From an uncultured Armatimonadetes bacterium (GTDB lineage: Bacteria > Armatimonadota > UBA5829 > DTJY01), in assembly GCA_963717145.1 (NCBI GenBank), contig OY970325.1, positions 3,808,001 through 3,872,000 on the forward strand: DNA of 64,000 nt, given 5' to 3'. The notes under the pieces were generated by a model that was not told the DNA's origin, did not search any database, and saw only the letters and a list, made by a program, of their open reading frames with translations. A program made the position numbers and the translations under genes. This document shows positions 20,206 through 29,850 of this stretch, in pieces; the first letter of the stretch is position 1, and every line of letters begins with the position of its first letter.

Positions 20206-22608
20206 ATGAATCGGCGTGTGCTTCTCTGGGCAGTACTCGTTCTTGCGTTCTCGGCAGTCTCCATGGCCGCCAACGCTCCGTCCGTTACGATCCGCTGGGA
20301 CACCATCGGCATCGCGCGCGAGGGCAGCCAGGCGGTCCCACAAGTATACACGCTTGGAACGCCCCTCAGTTTCCCGATGGAGATCGGCGTCGATGAATCC
20401 GGCCGGCTCTATATCTACGATGAGTTGCGTCAATGCATCAGCAGGTTCGCACCCACCGGCGAACTCGACAAGTCCTGGCTGGAGGACACCGGGCCGGGGC
20501 GGCTGGACGGCTTCCACGAGCTATCCATCCTGTCTGATGAGAGAGTGCTCATGTGCTCGGGTTTCTGGCCCGGGTACATGCTCAAGTTCGGCCCCGATCC
20601 TGAGAAAGTCGACCGATTGCCCGGCGTGCAGACGGCCAGAGGATTTGCCGCGTGGGACGACGGCTCCTATCTGATATGCGAGTCCATCCAGGACGGCAAG
20701 TCCTACCGCGCGCATGTCTACTCGGCGACGGGCGAGTTGCAGACGAGCTGGGATACGCCAAAGCCCGAGTCGGTCGCAATCGGCCCGGACAACCTGATCT
20801 ACGTTGTCACGAGTATCCAATCGGAGATCCGGGTCTGCGACCGGAAGGGCAAACACACCAAGACGATCGACGTCAAGCCCGCGTTCACCGATCTGGGGGC
20901 GGCCTATACGACTACAGCCAGCATGGCTATCGATCGCAACGGCGACATCTACCTGTCGGATCGCATGTACATCGTGCGGCTGGACAGGAATGGCAGACCG
21001 CTCGCTCGCTGGCAACCCGCATCGACCTCGTCTCGGCCGGTCGGTGCCACAGAGGTGGGCCGGATAGCCGTCCGAAACGGTCTCGTGTATGCGCTGATCA
21101 GCCGGTTCTCCAGCGATACCGAGGTCCAGGCGTACACCGCGGACGGTCAGTGCATCGCACGGTATCAGCCGGCGAAACTACCACTCGACCTACCTGCGAA
21201 GATCGAAATGGGCGCTGATGGCAGCTACATCGTAGGTCAAAACAGCGTCGTATCCGACCGACGCTCACTAGTCTTCGATTCTGCCGACAAGCCGATCCCT
21301 GATGTGGATACGGACAGCTTCCATGGCCTCGCGCCTTGCCCGACAGGCGGCTACTATACCCATGATTATACAGGCATGCTATGGGTCAGCGCCGATCGCA
21401 AGAGTTCCAGAGTGGTGTTCGATTTCAACAAGGATGCGGAACGTATGTATCAGACATGCACGGACGAGGCGACCGGCCGAACCTGGGTTCTGTGCTTCGA
21501 TTTGGAGCTGATCTGCATCGACCCCGATGGACAGGTGGCCAACCGTGTCCAGTTGCCGAAGGACATGGGCATAAAGGCCTACGGCTACATGGCGGTCGAC
21601 CCCGGAGGATTCCTCTACATCTGCAGTACCGAAGACCACCAGATACGCAAGTTCAAGCTGGACGGCACGTACGTCGGCGCGCTCGGGAAGATGGGCGCCG
21701 GAATCGGCGAACTCCGCAGACCTAGAGGGATCGACGTCGATTCTGAGGGGCGACTGTTGGTGTGCGACGCCCGGAACAACCGCATCCAAGTCTTCTCGCG
21801 CGAGGGAGAGCCACTCGGGGTCTGGGGGACGTATGGCAGAGGTGACGGTGAACTCGATCGGCCAAACGACCTGGCGATCGGCCCGAACAAGGTGCTCTTC
21901 ATCGCGGACACGCACAACGATCGGATCGTGAAGGTCCCGCTGGCCGATTTCTGGAAGCAATTGACCAAAGAGATCAAGGCCCCGCCCGCATACGTCGCCG
22001 CCGAGAAGGTCCCGATGCCGATCCCCGGCGAGGTCACCGTCGAGGGGATCGTCGTCGCAGGCACGGACGACTTCACCGATTGCGTCTACATCCAAGCCGC
22101 CGACAGGTCCTGGGGCACTCGGGTCACGATGCCCGCGAACGTTCCGGCAAATCGCGGGGATCGCATCAAGGTCACTGGGACGCTCGAACTGAAGGAGCAC
22201 TCCGCGAGATACCTGCAGGCCTCGAAGTCGGAGTATGTCCTATCGGCCCAGAGCATGCCCGGCCCACTCGGGATGGCGAACCTCTACGTCGGCGACGGCT
22301 ACCGGATGGGCGACAAGCGCTCCGACCTGAGCAACCTCGGCCTACTCGTGAAGTCGTGGGGCAGGGTGCTGATGGTCGATCCGCTGAACAAGCGGTTCGT
22401 GATCTCCGATGGCAGCCGGCTCGGGAACGCGCCCGGCCTCGAGGTCTACGGCGGGCAACTCAAGTCGCCGCTCACCCAGTGGCCGAAGTTCGGGCGGTAC
22501 GTGATGGTGACCGGCATCAGCGCGGTCCGGCCGGCCGGCAACGGCACATTCCAGCCCGCCATCCGCCTCCGCGCCCAGGAAGACCTGCAGGTGCTGGAGA
22601 ATGGTTGA
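20206..22608 (+). CDS. Secreted NHL-repeat beta-propeller protein with conserved C-terminal module
   Basis: Signal peptide; NHL repeats 'GELRRPRGIDVD..', 'GELDRPNDLAI..IADTHNDRI'; C-terminal module shared with 29851-31887. Confidence 0.85.
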   Translation: MNRRVLLWAVLVLAFSAVSMAANAPSVTIRWDTIGIAREGSQAVPQVYTLGTPLSFPMEIGVDESGRLYIYDELRQCISRFAPTGELDKSWLEDTGPGRLDGFHELSILSDERVLMCSGFWPGYMLKFGPDPEKVDRLPGVQTARGFAAWDDGSYLICESIQDGKSYRAHVYSATGELQTSWDTPKPESVAIGPDNLIYVVTSIQSEIRVCDRKGKHTKTIDVKPAFTDLGAAYTTTASMAIDRNGDIYLSDRMYIVRLDRNGRPLARWQPASTSSRPVGATEVGRIAVRNGLVYALISRFSSDTEVQAYTADGQCIARYQPAKLPLDLPAKIEMGADGSYIVGQNSVVSDRRSLVFDSADKPIPDVDTDSFHGLAPCPTGGYYTHDYTGMLWVSADRKSSRVVFDFNKDAERMYQTCTDEATGRTWVLCFDLELICIDPDGQVANRVQLPKDMGIKAYGYMAVDPGGFLYICSTEDHQIRKFKLDGTYVGALGKMGAGIGELRRPRGIDVDSEGRLLVCDARNNRIQVFSREGEPLGVWGTYGRGDGELDRPNDLAIGPNKVLFIADTHNDRIVKVPLADFWKQLTKEIKAPPAYVAAEKVPMPIPGEVTVEGIVVAGTDDFTDCVYIQAADRSWGTRVTMPANVPANRGDRIKVTGTLELKEHSARYLQASKSEYVLSAQSMPGPLGMANLYVGDGYRMGDKRSDLSNLGLLVKSWGRVLMVDPLNKRFVISDGSRLGNAPGLEVYGGQLKSPLTQWPKFGRYVMVTGISAVRPAGNGTFQPAIRLRAQEDLQVLENG

Positions 22609-22730
22609 TGGTTGACGAGGGAGGGGGCCGGCTCCCATTCCCCCATCAACCATCAGCCATGAACCATTGACCATGCTGTAGACTGGTGATGCCATGCTCC
22701 CATTAACCATAAACCATCGACCATCAACCA
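22601..22730. repeat. Heptamer palindromic repeat (ATGGTTG)n/(CCATCAA)n, family C
   Basis: Also at ~38476-38540, ~52491-52522 and ~58950-59012. Confidence 0.7.
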
Positions 22731-25444
22731 TTCTCCCTTTGGTCTCCCTGCTCGCGGTCCTGATGCTCGCGTCCCTCTCCCAGGCGCAGGGCCTCATGCT
22801 CGACAAGTGCCTCGACGACCTGGCGGAGAAGGGGTCGCTCGGCCCGGTGGTCGCGGTCATGCACGCGCCGGTCGCCGGGACCGCCGATCTGTCGTCGCTG
22901 GAGGGACTCGCCAAGACCTTCGGCCTCAAGCTCTTCGAGCAGGACGGCATCCACGTCCTCGGCCCGGCGGAGTGCCTGCATCTGTATGACTTGTCACCAT
23001 ACTTCCCCAAAGAGCCCCTCAAGGAGTCGCTCAGCCCGGAAGACGAACTGATCTCCAGCTTCACCCCCGAGCAACTCAAGGCGATCGGCACGCACGACGG
23101 CCTGCATTTCGCCGACCTGTCGGGTAAGCAGCAGGCCATCCTGCGGCGCATGTTCACCGGCAAGATCACCCTGCTCAAGCGGACCGACGAGCCGCCGAAG
23201 ACAAGCGACCTCATGACGCCCTCGCCGCCGACACTCGGGAGTGAGACGGAGGCTCCTCCACTTCCAAATCGATCGGAGGTCCTGCGCGAATCCCTGCGCA
23301 ATGCCGAGAGGATCGCCGTGAGCAATGTGCCGGTCGATGATCTCACTCTCACCGGTTCGCTGATATACGGCACCGCGATCACTGAGGTCGGCAGTGATGA
23401 CGAGTTCGGCTGCCAGCTCGAGGGACCGGATATTCCCCTCTGGGACACGACAGAGCATAACATCATCGTTCGTTCAGACCGCGAGACGCCGCCGAAGGCA
23501 CCCCCGCCATTCGGTCCGAACATGCTGAAGCCGTCCCATCTCGACTACGAACGCCCCGAACTGCAGAAGCAGACTGAGTTCGCCACCCGGACCAGCCTCG
23601 GCGAAGTGATCGCTCTTGCAGCGACGGAGAGCGGTCTGCCGCTCTCCGTCGGTCCCGGCTCGGAGCAAGTGCTGTTGTACGTGAGAGCGAGCACTGAGTC
23701 CATTGGACAGGTGCTGAAAGCAGTTTCGTTGGCGACCGGGGGCACGTGGCGCGAGATCAGCGATCTGTTCGTCTTCACGCTCGATCTCACGGGCCTGGGG
23801 GCGTTCGGCAAGCGGGCTGCCGATCTGGATGCCCTCTCCCAGACAGCCGGGGAGTACGCCGAGATGTCCTTCGATGCGCCGCTGGCGCGCGAGGCCATGC
23901 TGAACCTTCCGCCGATGCCAGGCGCGAAGTTCTCCCTGACGCCTCAGCAGATCACGGACCTTACCGACTGCTGGATGAGCGATCCAACGCCGGCCGCCTG
24001 CAGGATTTCATGGCAAGCCCTGACCCCGGAACAGCAGGCTCTGCTAGTTGGCGAGTGCCCTGAGATGAAGGATGCGCAGCCCGATCGGCTGCGAGTCGAA
24101 ATGTGGGTTGGCGCGGAGTTCATCATTCATTTCCCAGCCGTTGGGAATGCCGTCGCCGGCTTCTATCCGGCCAGGAGTACCTTCTTGTATGATGCGATGA
24201 CCCCTGAACAGCCTTGGTACTCCTCGGAGTTCGAGCCTCGTGTCTGGCCGAAGGGATCGAAGATTCCAATGCCTGCGGGAACTCGGGGGCTGCTCTACAG
24301 AGTATCGAAGTCCGATACGCCCGCGTCCATCGTAACAGGCATCGAGAGGTATGGTTTCAACACACTGCTTGTCCGTGTCTTCTCCGATGGCTATACCGTC
24401 TGTCCGAGTCAGCAGTTTCCGCAGCTTCCCGGTCTGAAAGCGGACGACTTCCTGCGCAACCTGATCGCCGTCGCCCATGCCCGGGATATCAGGGTAGTTG
24501 GCGTGATAGATGCCCTGCGCTGGTCGGATGGCGACCCGAAACACTGGCTCTACAAGCAGTGGGAACTGACAGATGTGGACATCACCGGCCGTATGAGCAC
24601 GGAATGGATGGCCCAGCGGACGACGGACTTCGAGGAGGGAGCCTTCTACGAGCGCATGGGCCACGGCGATGCCTTCGACGGCGATTTCGTGACCCCATTC
24701 CACCCGTCTGTCCGGCAGAAGCTCTCGGCGCTTGTCGATGAACTCAAGACCTACGATCTTGACGGCATCGCTTTCGACCACACATCAATCGTTCACCAGG
24801 CGTCCTCGTGGGATTCCGACGGATCTGCCAGCGACGGGCAGATCGGGTTCCACGAGCTTGCCCGATCAGCCTTCACAAGAGCCACAGGGGTGGATCCGGT
24901 GGACATCGCCCCACCCGATGCTCTCGGGGAATTACCACCGACGCCGTGCGCTCCGGTTGTGGCCGGTACTGCCTCACAGGCGGCAAAATGGGATGTGTTC
25001 TACCGGGGCGCTTGTGATGCGCTCTTGGACGTGCTGGTCGAGGACTGTCGCAAGTCCGTGCCGGGCCGCCCGATCTGGGTCGTAGACACATACCGGGACA
25101 TCAGATATCTGGAGCCTGTGGCCACGCATGACTGGGGTGAGTTCCAGGGCAGAATCAGCAGGGTGGTCGGCTGCAGCCAGGCCGAGGAGCCTGAGCATAC
25201 AGGCGAAGACATCCAGGGTATCCAACTGGTCCGCATCATCGACGAACTCGACCTGCTATACATCGCCAGCGAGATTGCCCGCATGCAAGAGAGGACCTTC
25301 CCCGGTATGCTCGGAGAGGAAGACCTCGGGTCGCCGCCGGAGACCCCGATCAAGGACATCATCCTCGATTTCCCGTGCAGCGAAAAACGAAGAACCGAGT
25401 TCCTCAAGCTCCTCGAAACCGCCCGCCCCGAGAAAACCCGGTAA
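22694..25444 (+). CDS. Large secreted protein with duplicated N-terminal module and C-terminal GHL10/DUF187-like barrel
   Basis: Signal-like hydrophobic stretch; 'GFNTLLVRVFSDG', 'LIAVAHARDIRV', 'P.VRQKL..LVDEL..YDLDGIAFD'; start uncertain. Confidence 0.7.
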   Translation: MLPLTINHRPSTILPLVSLLAVLMLASLSQAQGLMLDKCLDDLAEKGSLGPVVAVMHAPVAGTADLSSLEGLAKTFGLKLFEQDGIHVLGPAECLHLYDLSPYFPKEPLKESLSPEDELISSFTPEQLKAIGTHDGLHFADLSGKQQAILRRMFTGKITLLKRTDEPPKTSDLMTPSPPTLGSETEAPPLPNRSEVLRESLRNAERIAVSNVPVDDLTLTGSLIYGTAITEVGSDDEFGCQLEGPDIPLWDTTEHNIIVRSDRETPPKAPPPFGPNMLKPSHLDYERPELQKQTEFATRTSLGEVIALAATESGLPLSVGPGSEQVLLYVRASTESIGQVLKAVSLATGGTWREISDLFVFTLDLTGLGAFGKRAADLDALSQTAGEYAEMSFDAPLAREAMLNLPPMPGAKFSLTPQQITDLTDCWMSDPTPAACRISWQALTPEQQALLVGECPEMKDAQPDRLRVEMWVGAEFIIHFPAVGNAVAGFYPARSTFLYDAMTPEQPWYSSEFEPRVWPKGSKIPMPAGTRGLLYRVSKSDTPASIVTGIERYGFNTLLVRVFSDGYTVCPSQQFPQLPGLKADDFLRNLIAVAHARDIRVVGVIDALRWSDGDPKHWLYKQWELTDVDITGRMSTEWMAQRTTDFEEGAFYERMGHGDAFDGDFVTPFHPSVRQKLSALVDELKTYDLDGIAFDHTSIVHQASSWDSDGSASDGQIGFHELARSAFTRATGVDPVDIAPPDALGELPPTPCAPVVAGTASQAAKWDVFYRGACDALLDVLVEDCRKSVPGRPIWVVDTYRDIRYLEPVATHDWGEFQGRISRVVGCSQAEEPEHTGEDIQGIQLVRIIDELDLLYIASEIARMQERTFPGMLGEEDLGSPPETPIKDIILDFPCSEKRRTEFLKLLETARPEKTR

Positions 25445-25511
25445 TTGTACCTGTTTCCCCTGCTGTATCATCTGCCGATAATTTGATTAGGAAGTACATG
25501 ACCAGCGACCG

Positions 25512-25636
25512 ATAAAGGCAAACCCGTCGAAAGGCGGGGACGCAAAGCCAGGATCTAAACCCCGATCCCCGCGTATTGTGCGCGTCCAGCACAATACGGC
25601 GTTCAAAGCTCGGGACATGACGGCCAGGTTGCCGAA
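25512..25636 (+). ncRNA. c-di-GMP-I (GEMM-I) riboswitch with extended P2 insert
   Basis: GGCAAACCCGTCGAAAGGCGGGGACGCAAAGCC..GATCTAA...CATGACGGCCAGGTTGCCG. Confidence 0.88.
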
Positions 25637-25733
25637 GTCCGCTGCATGGGAAGTCAACGATGACCTCCCGAGTGCAGGCCTTCAGCGCGCCTGGTCTTTT
25701 GTCGTCTCCAGGGAAGGATCGTGGGCTGATATC

Positions 25734-25967
25734 ATGGCCCTCGCGGAAGCGGAACTGGCACAACCGGCACACAACCGGCTCGATCTGACTGTGATCGGCG
25801 GGGATGCGATATTCCTCGTGGATCGGCGCGCCGGCCACAAGTTGTACATGGGCCACGAGACGCGTCTCAGCCCGATGGAACGGCGACGCTTCTTCGCGTC
25901 ACTCCAACACGACATCCGCACCCTCTCCCTCGGCGAGTTCTTCGAGAAGCACGGACTCAAGGGCTAA
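25734..25967 (+). CDS. Small hypothetical protein (77 aa) downstream of the riboswitch
   Basis: ATG 25734 in frame with the listed ORF, downstream of the riboswitch; typical codon usage. Confidence 0.6.
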   Translation: MALAEAELAQPAHNRLDLTVIGGDAIFLVDRRAGHKLYMGHETRLSPMERRRFFASLQHDIRTLSLGEFFEKHGLKG

Positions 25968-26113
25968 ATTCGAAATTCGAAGCGCGAAATTCGAAACAAA
26001 TCCGAATGATCGAAATCTCAAGAGGCAAACGGTCTGCTTCCTTGGCAGTTTGGGAGTTTGGCCTTTTCCCCATTTGCTCTGTTGTTTCGAATTTCGAGCT
26101 TCGAATTTCGTGC
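25966..26113. repeat. Family E heptamer palindrome, copy 2
   Basis: aaattcgaaattcgaagcgcgaaattcgaaac ... gtttcgaatttcgagcttcgaatttcg. Confidence 0.7.
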
Positions 26114-26171
26114 TTCCCAGGGCTGATCCTTCCCAAGCGACCCCCTCATGGCTTATAATGGTATCAAAGCC

Positions 26172-28373
26172 ATGACAAACATTCTCGACGAACTGAATCC
26201 CGCCCAACGACAGGCGGTCGAGCATACCGAAGGCCCCCTACTCATCTTCGCAGGCGCAGGAAGCGGCAAGACCCGCGCGCTCACACATCGGATCGCCTAC
26301 CTGATCGGCGAGCACGGCGTCCATCCGCGCAACATCCTCGCGGTCACCTTCACGAACAAGGCCGCTCGCGAGATGAAGGAGCGCATTGGGGGACTCATCG
26401 GCGCTGAGGCCCTCAGCGAGATGTGGGTCGGCACGTTCCACGCCATGTCCGCGCGCCTGCTCCGGATCAGCGGCGAGCACATCGGCCTCGACAGCAATTT
26501 CATCATCTACGACGAGAGCGACCAGGCGGCCGTCATCCGCGAGTGCTTCGAAGAGCTGAACATCGACGAGAAGCAGTTTCCGCCGAAGACCATCCTCCAC
26601 AAGATCAGCGCCGCCAAGGAGCAACTCGTCCTGCCCGACGACTACGCGACGGTCTTCGCCCACAAGTACGATCCGATCGTCGCGCGAGTCTATCCGCTCT
26701 ACCAGAAGAGGCTGAATCAGTACAATGCGCTCGACTTCGATGATCTGATCCTCTATGCCGTCCGCCTCCTCGAGTGCCCGGAGGTCCGGGAGCAGTACCA
26801 GCGCAAGTTTCAGTACGTCCTGGTCGATGAGTACCAGGACATCAATCAGTCGCAGTTCCAACTCGTCCGCGTCCTGGCAGACGGTTCGCGCAACATATGC
26901 GTCGTAGGCGACGACGACCAGTCGATCTATTCCTGGCGCGGCGCGGATGTGGAGCTGATTCTCCAGTTCAAGAAGCACTACAAGGACGCCAAGATCGTGA
27001 AGCTCGAGCAAAACTACCGCTCGACCCGCAACATCCTCGACGCCGCATACCACGTGATCTCGCAGAACGAGAACCGCGCCGACAAACAGCTCTGGACCGA
27101 CCGCGATCCCGGCGCGCTCCTGACCCGCATCGAGGCCGTGGACGAGCACGACGAGGCCGCGAAGGTCGTCGCGCGCATGCGTGACAGGGTCCAAAGCGGC
27201 GAGTTCGGCTTCGGCGACTTCGTGGTCCTCTACCGCATGAACGCCCAATCGCGACTCTTTGAAGAGGCCCTGATGAACTACCGGGTGCCGTATCGGATCG
27301 TCGGCGGCGTCCGGTTCTACGAGCGCAAAGAGATCAAGGACCTGATGGCGTACCTGCGCCTGGCCCACAACCCGATGGACAACGTCAGCCTCAAGCGGAT
27401 CATCAACGTCCCGATCCGCTCGATCGGCCCGACGACTCTCGGCCGGGTCGAGACGTTCGCCCGGGAGCACGAAATCCCTCTATTCGAGGCGCTCCGCCGG
27501 GTCGAGGAGATCGAGATACAGCCGAAACCTAAGCGGGCGATCGAGCAGTTCTCCGTGCTGCTCGACTTCCTGCATGAGAAGCGCGAGGAGTATTCGGTCG
27601 GCAAGTTGCTCACGGAGATCGTCGAGAACACCGGATTCCTGGCCGACTTGCAGCGGGCACAGACTCGCGAGGCGGATTCACGGGTGGAGAACGTCAAGGA
27701 GTTCTTCTCCGTCATCGAGGAGTTCGAGAACACGAGCGAGGACTCATCGCTACGGGCGTTCCTGGAGCAGGTCGCGCTCGTGACCGACATCGACAATCTG
27801 GAGGAGGGCGAGGAGGCGGTCACCCTGATGACACTCCACGCGGCAAAGGGCCTCGAGTTCCCGGTGGTCTTCATGGTCGGCCTGGAGGAGGGTCTATTCC
27901 CGCACAGCCGCTCGATCCAGGACCGCGACGGCCTTGAGGAAGAGCGCCGGCTCTGCTACGTCGGGATGACCCGCGCGGAGGACGAGCTGTTCCTCTGCCA
28001 CGCGTACCAGCGGACTCTGTTCGGCATGAGGGAGCGGGCGATGGCCTCCCGATTCCTGCGCGACATCCCGGTCGAGCTGTTTGGGCGCAAGGAGATCGCG
28101 GTGGAGCCGCCGGGCAGACCCGCGATGAAACCGGGCGTCTCACGCGGCGCGTCCCTCTGGAAGGAGTCGCCGGAGCAGGCGATCGGGCCGCAGAAGCCCG
28201 CAAAGTCGCCGTTCAAGGCGGGCGATCGGGTGAAGCACAACGTCTTCGGCCTCGGGATCGTCGTCACTGCGGAGCCCTCGGGCGCGGATACCCAGGTCAC
28301 GGTCGCATTCGAGGAGGTCGGCATCAAGAAGCTGATGCTCTCCTTCGCCCCGCTCGAGAAGGTAGACCTTTAG
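26172..28373 (+). CDS. pcrA: ATP-dependent DNA helicase PcrA/UvrD
   Basis: 'AGAGSGKT', 'TFTNKAA', 'VDEYQD', 'GDDDQSIY', 'EERRLCYVGMTRA', C-terminal Tudor-like domain. Confidence 0.95.
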   Translation: MTNILDELNPAQRQAVEHTEGPLLIFAGAGSGKTRALTHRIAYLIGEHGVHPRNILAVTFTNKAAREMKERIGGLIGAEALSEMWVGTFHAMSARLLRISGEHIGLDSNFIIYDESDQAAVIRECFEELNIDEKQFPPKTILHKISAAKEQLVLPDDYATVFAHKYDPIVARVYPLYQKRLNQYNALDFDDLILYAVRLLECPEVREQYQRKFQYVLVDEYQDINQSQFQLVRVLADGSRNICVVGDDDQSIYSWRGADVELILQFKKHYKDAKIVKLEQNYRSTRNILDAAYHVISQNENRADKQLWTDRDPGALLTRIEAVDEHDEAAKVVARMRDRVQSGEFGFGDFVVLYRMNAQSRLFEEALMNYRVPYRIVGGVRFYERKEIKDLMAYLRLAHNPMDNVSLKRIINVPIRSIGPTTLGRVETFAREHEIPLFEALRRVEEIEIQPKPKRAIEQFSVLLDFLHEKREEYSVGKLLTEIVENTGFLADLQRAQTREADSRVENVKEFFSVIEEFENTSEDSSLRAFLEQVALVTDIDNLEEGEEAVTLMTLHAAKGLEFPVVFMVGLEEGLFPHSRSIQDRDGLEEERRLCYVGMTRAEDELFLCHAYQRTLFGMRERAMASRFLRDIPVELFGRKEIAVEPPGRPAMKPGVSRGASLWKESPEQAIGPQKPAKSPFKAGDRVKHNVFGLGIVVTAEPSGADTQVTVAFEEVGIKKLMLSFAPLEKVDL

Positions 28374-28376
28374 AAC

Positions 28377-28589
28377 ACAGATTACACAGATGGCGGAGGA
28401 TGGGACGGAAAGGGATTCTTAGCAGGAAACCAGGAATCTAGGAAGCCAGGAAAGGGATTATGGGTTTGGGAATAGGGCCGTAATCCCAACACCCACACCC
28501 TCACCCGTATTCCTCCTGGTTTCCTAGTTTCCTGGCTTCCTGATAAAGAATCATCCGTTCCATCTGCTTTTGATCTGTGTCATCTGTGT
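28377..28589. repeat. Composite nested low-complexity palindromes (ACAGATT.., AGGAAACC.., octamer family D)
   Basis: cacagattacacagat/atctgtgtcatctgtg and aggaaaccaggaa/ttcctggcttcct arms. Confidence 0.65.
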
Positions 28590-28613
28590 TCCAACGGGTT
28601 TGAGGAGGCTGTC

Positions 28614-29630
28614 ATGGAAAAGCTCGGTTTCGGAGTGATCGGTCTTGGGACGTGGGGCGAACTGCACGCGAGGGTCTACTCGGAGGACGAGCGGATCACC
28701 CTCGCGGGCGTGGCTGATATGAACCACGAGCGCGCGGAATCGATCGGACAGAAGTACGAGTCCGCGCATTTTACCGATTACGACACCCTACTGGCCGATG
28801 TGTCGATCAAGGCGGTCTCCATCGTCACCCCTGACTTCGCCCACGCCGAGATCGCCATCGATGCCGCCGAGTCCGGGAAGCACATACTCGTCGAGAAGCC
28901 GCTCGCCACGACCGTCGACGACTGCCAAAAGATCATCGACGCCGCGAAGGCGTCCGGCGTCAAGCTGATGGTCGATTTCCACAACCGCTGGAGTCCGCCG
29001 TTCTACAAGGCGTGGGAATCGATCCGCAACGGAGAGATCGGCGAGCCGCAGCACGTCTATTACCGGCTGAGCGACCGGATCTTCGTCCCGACCGAGATGC
29101 TCCCCTGGGCGGGGAAGTCGACGGTGGAATGGTTCATCGGCACGCACTCGATCGACACCGTCCGCTGGCTGCTGGGCGAAGAGGTAACGCGGGTCTATGC
29201 CGTCGCACGGTCGCGCGTGCTGAAGTCCATGGGCATCGACACTCCGGATTTCTACCAGATCACGCTCGAATTCGCGTCCGGCACGACCGCCGTGATCGAG
29301 AACTCCTGGATCCTGCCGAACACGATGCCGAACATCATCGACCTCAAGTGCCAGATCGTCGGGAGCAAGGGCATGCTGAACCTCGACACGAGCCACAACC
29401 GCACGGTCGAGAAATACACGCAGACGGTAGCGGAGTACCCCGACTTCCTGGTCCTGCCGACGATCTACGGGGAGCAGAAGGGCTTCGCGGCGGACAGCAT
29501 CCGGCACTTCGTGGACTGCGTGCTCACCGACACCGAGCCCCGAGTCACCGGCGAGGACGGCCTCATCGTCACCCGCGTCATCCAGGCGATCGAGGAGTCG
29601 GTCCGGACGCGATTGCCGGTGGAAGTGTAG
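28614..29630 (+). CDS. Gfo/Idh/MocA oxidoreductase
   Basis: 'GVIGLGTWG', 'GKHILVEKP', 'GTHSID'; GAGGAGG RBS. Confidence 0.92.
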   Translation: MEKLGFGVIGLGTWGELHARVYSEDERITLAGVADMNHERAESIGQKYESAHFTDYDTLLADVSIKAVSIVTPDFAHAEIAIDAAESGKHILVEKPLATTVDDCQKIIDAAKASGVKLMVDFHNRWSPPFYKAWESIRNGEIGEPQHVYYRLSDRIFVPTEMLPWAGKSTVEWFIGTHSIDTVRWLLGEEVTRVYAVARSRVLKSMGIDTPDFYQITLEFASGTTAVIENSWILPNTMPNIIDLKCQIVGSKGMLNLDTSHNRTVEKYTQTVAEYPDFLVLPTIYGEQKGFAADSIRHFVDCVLTDTEPRVTGEDGLIVTRVIQAIEESVRTRLPVEV

Positions 29631-29850
29631 AGTCCTGAGATGTCCCCCTTGCGAAGGTGAGCGCTCAATGATGCCCCCTACGAAGGAGAGCGATGATGTC
29701 CCCCTTACGAAGGGGGACCGGCCTCTGGGCCGAGGGGGTTTCCGCGGGCGGACGCACGGAGTCGGAACCGCCAAGACGCCAAGCGGACCCAGGATTGCAG
29801 TCTGCAGTCCAAGGTCTAGAGTCTGAGGTCTAAAGTCTAAGGTCTGCGGT

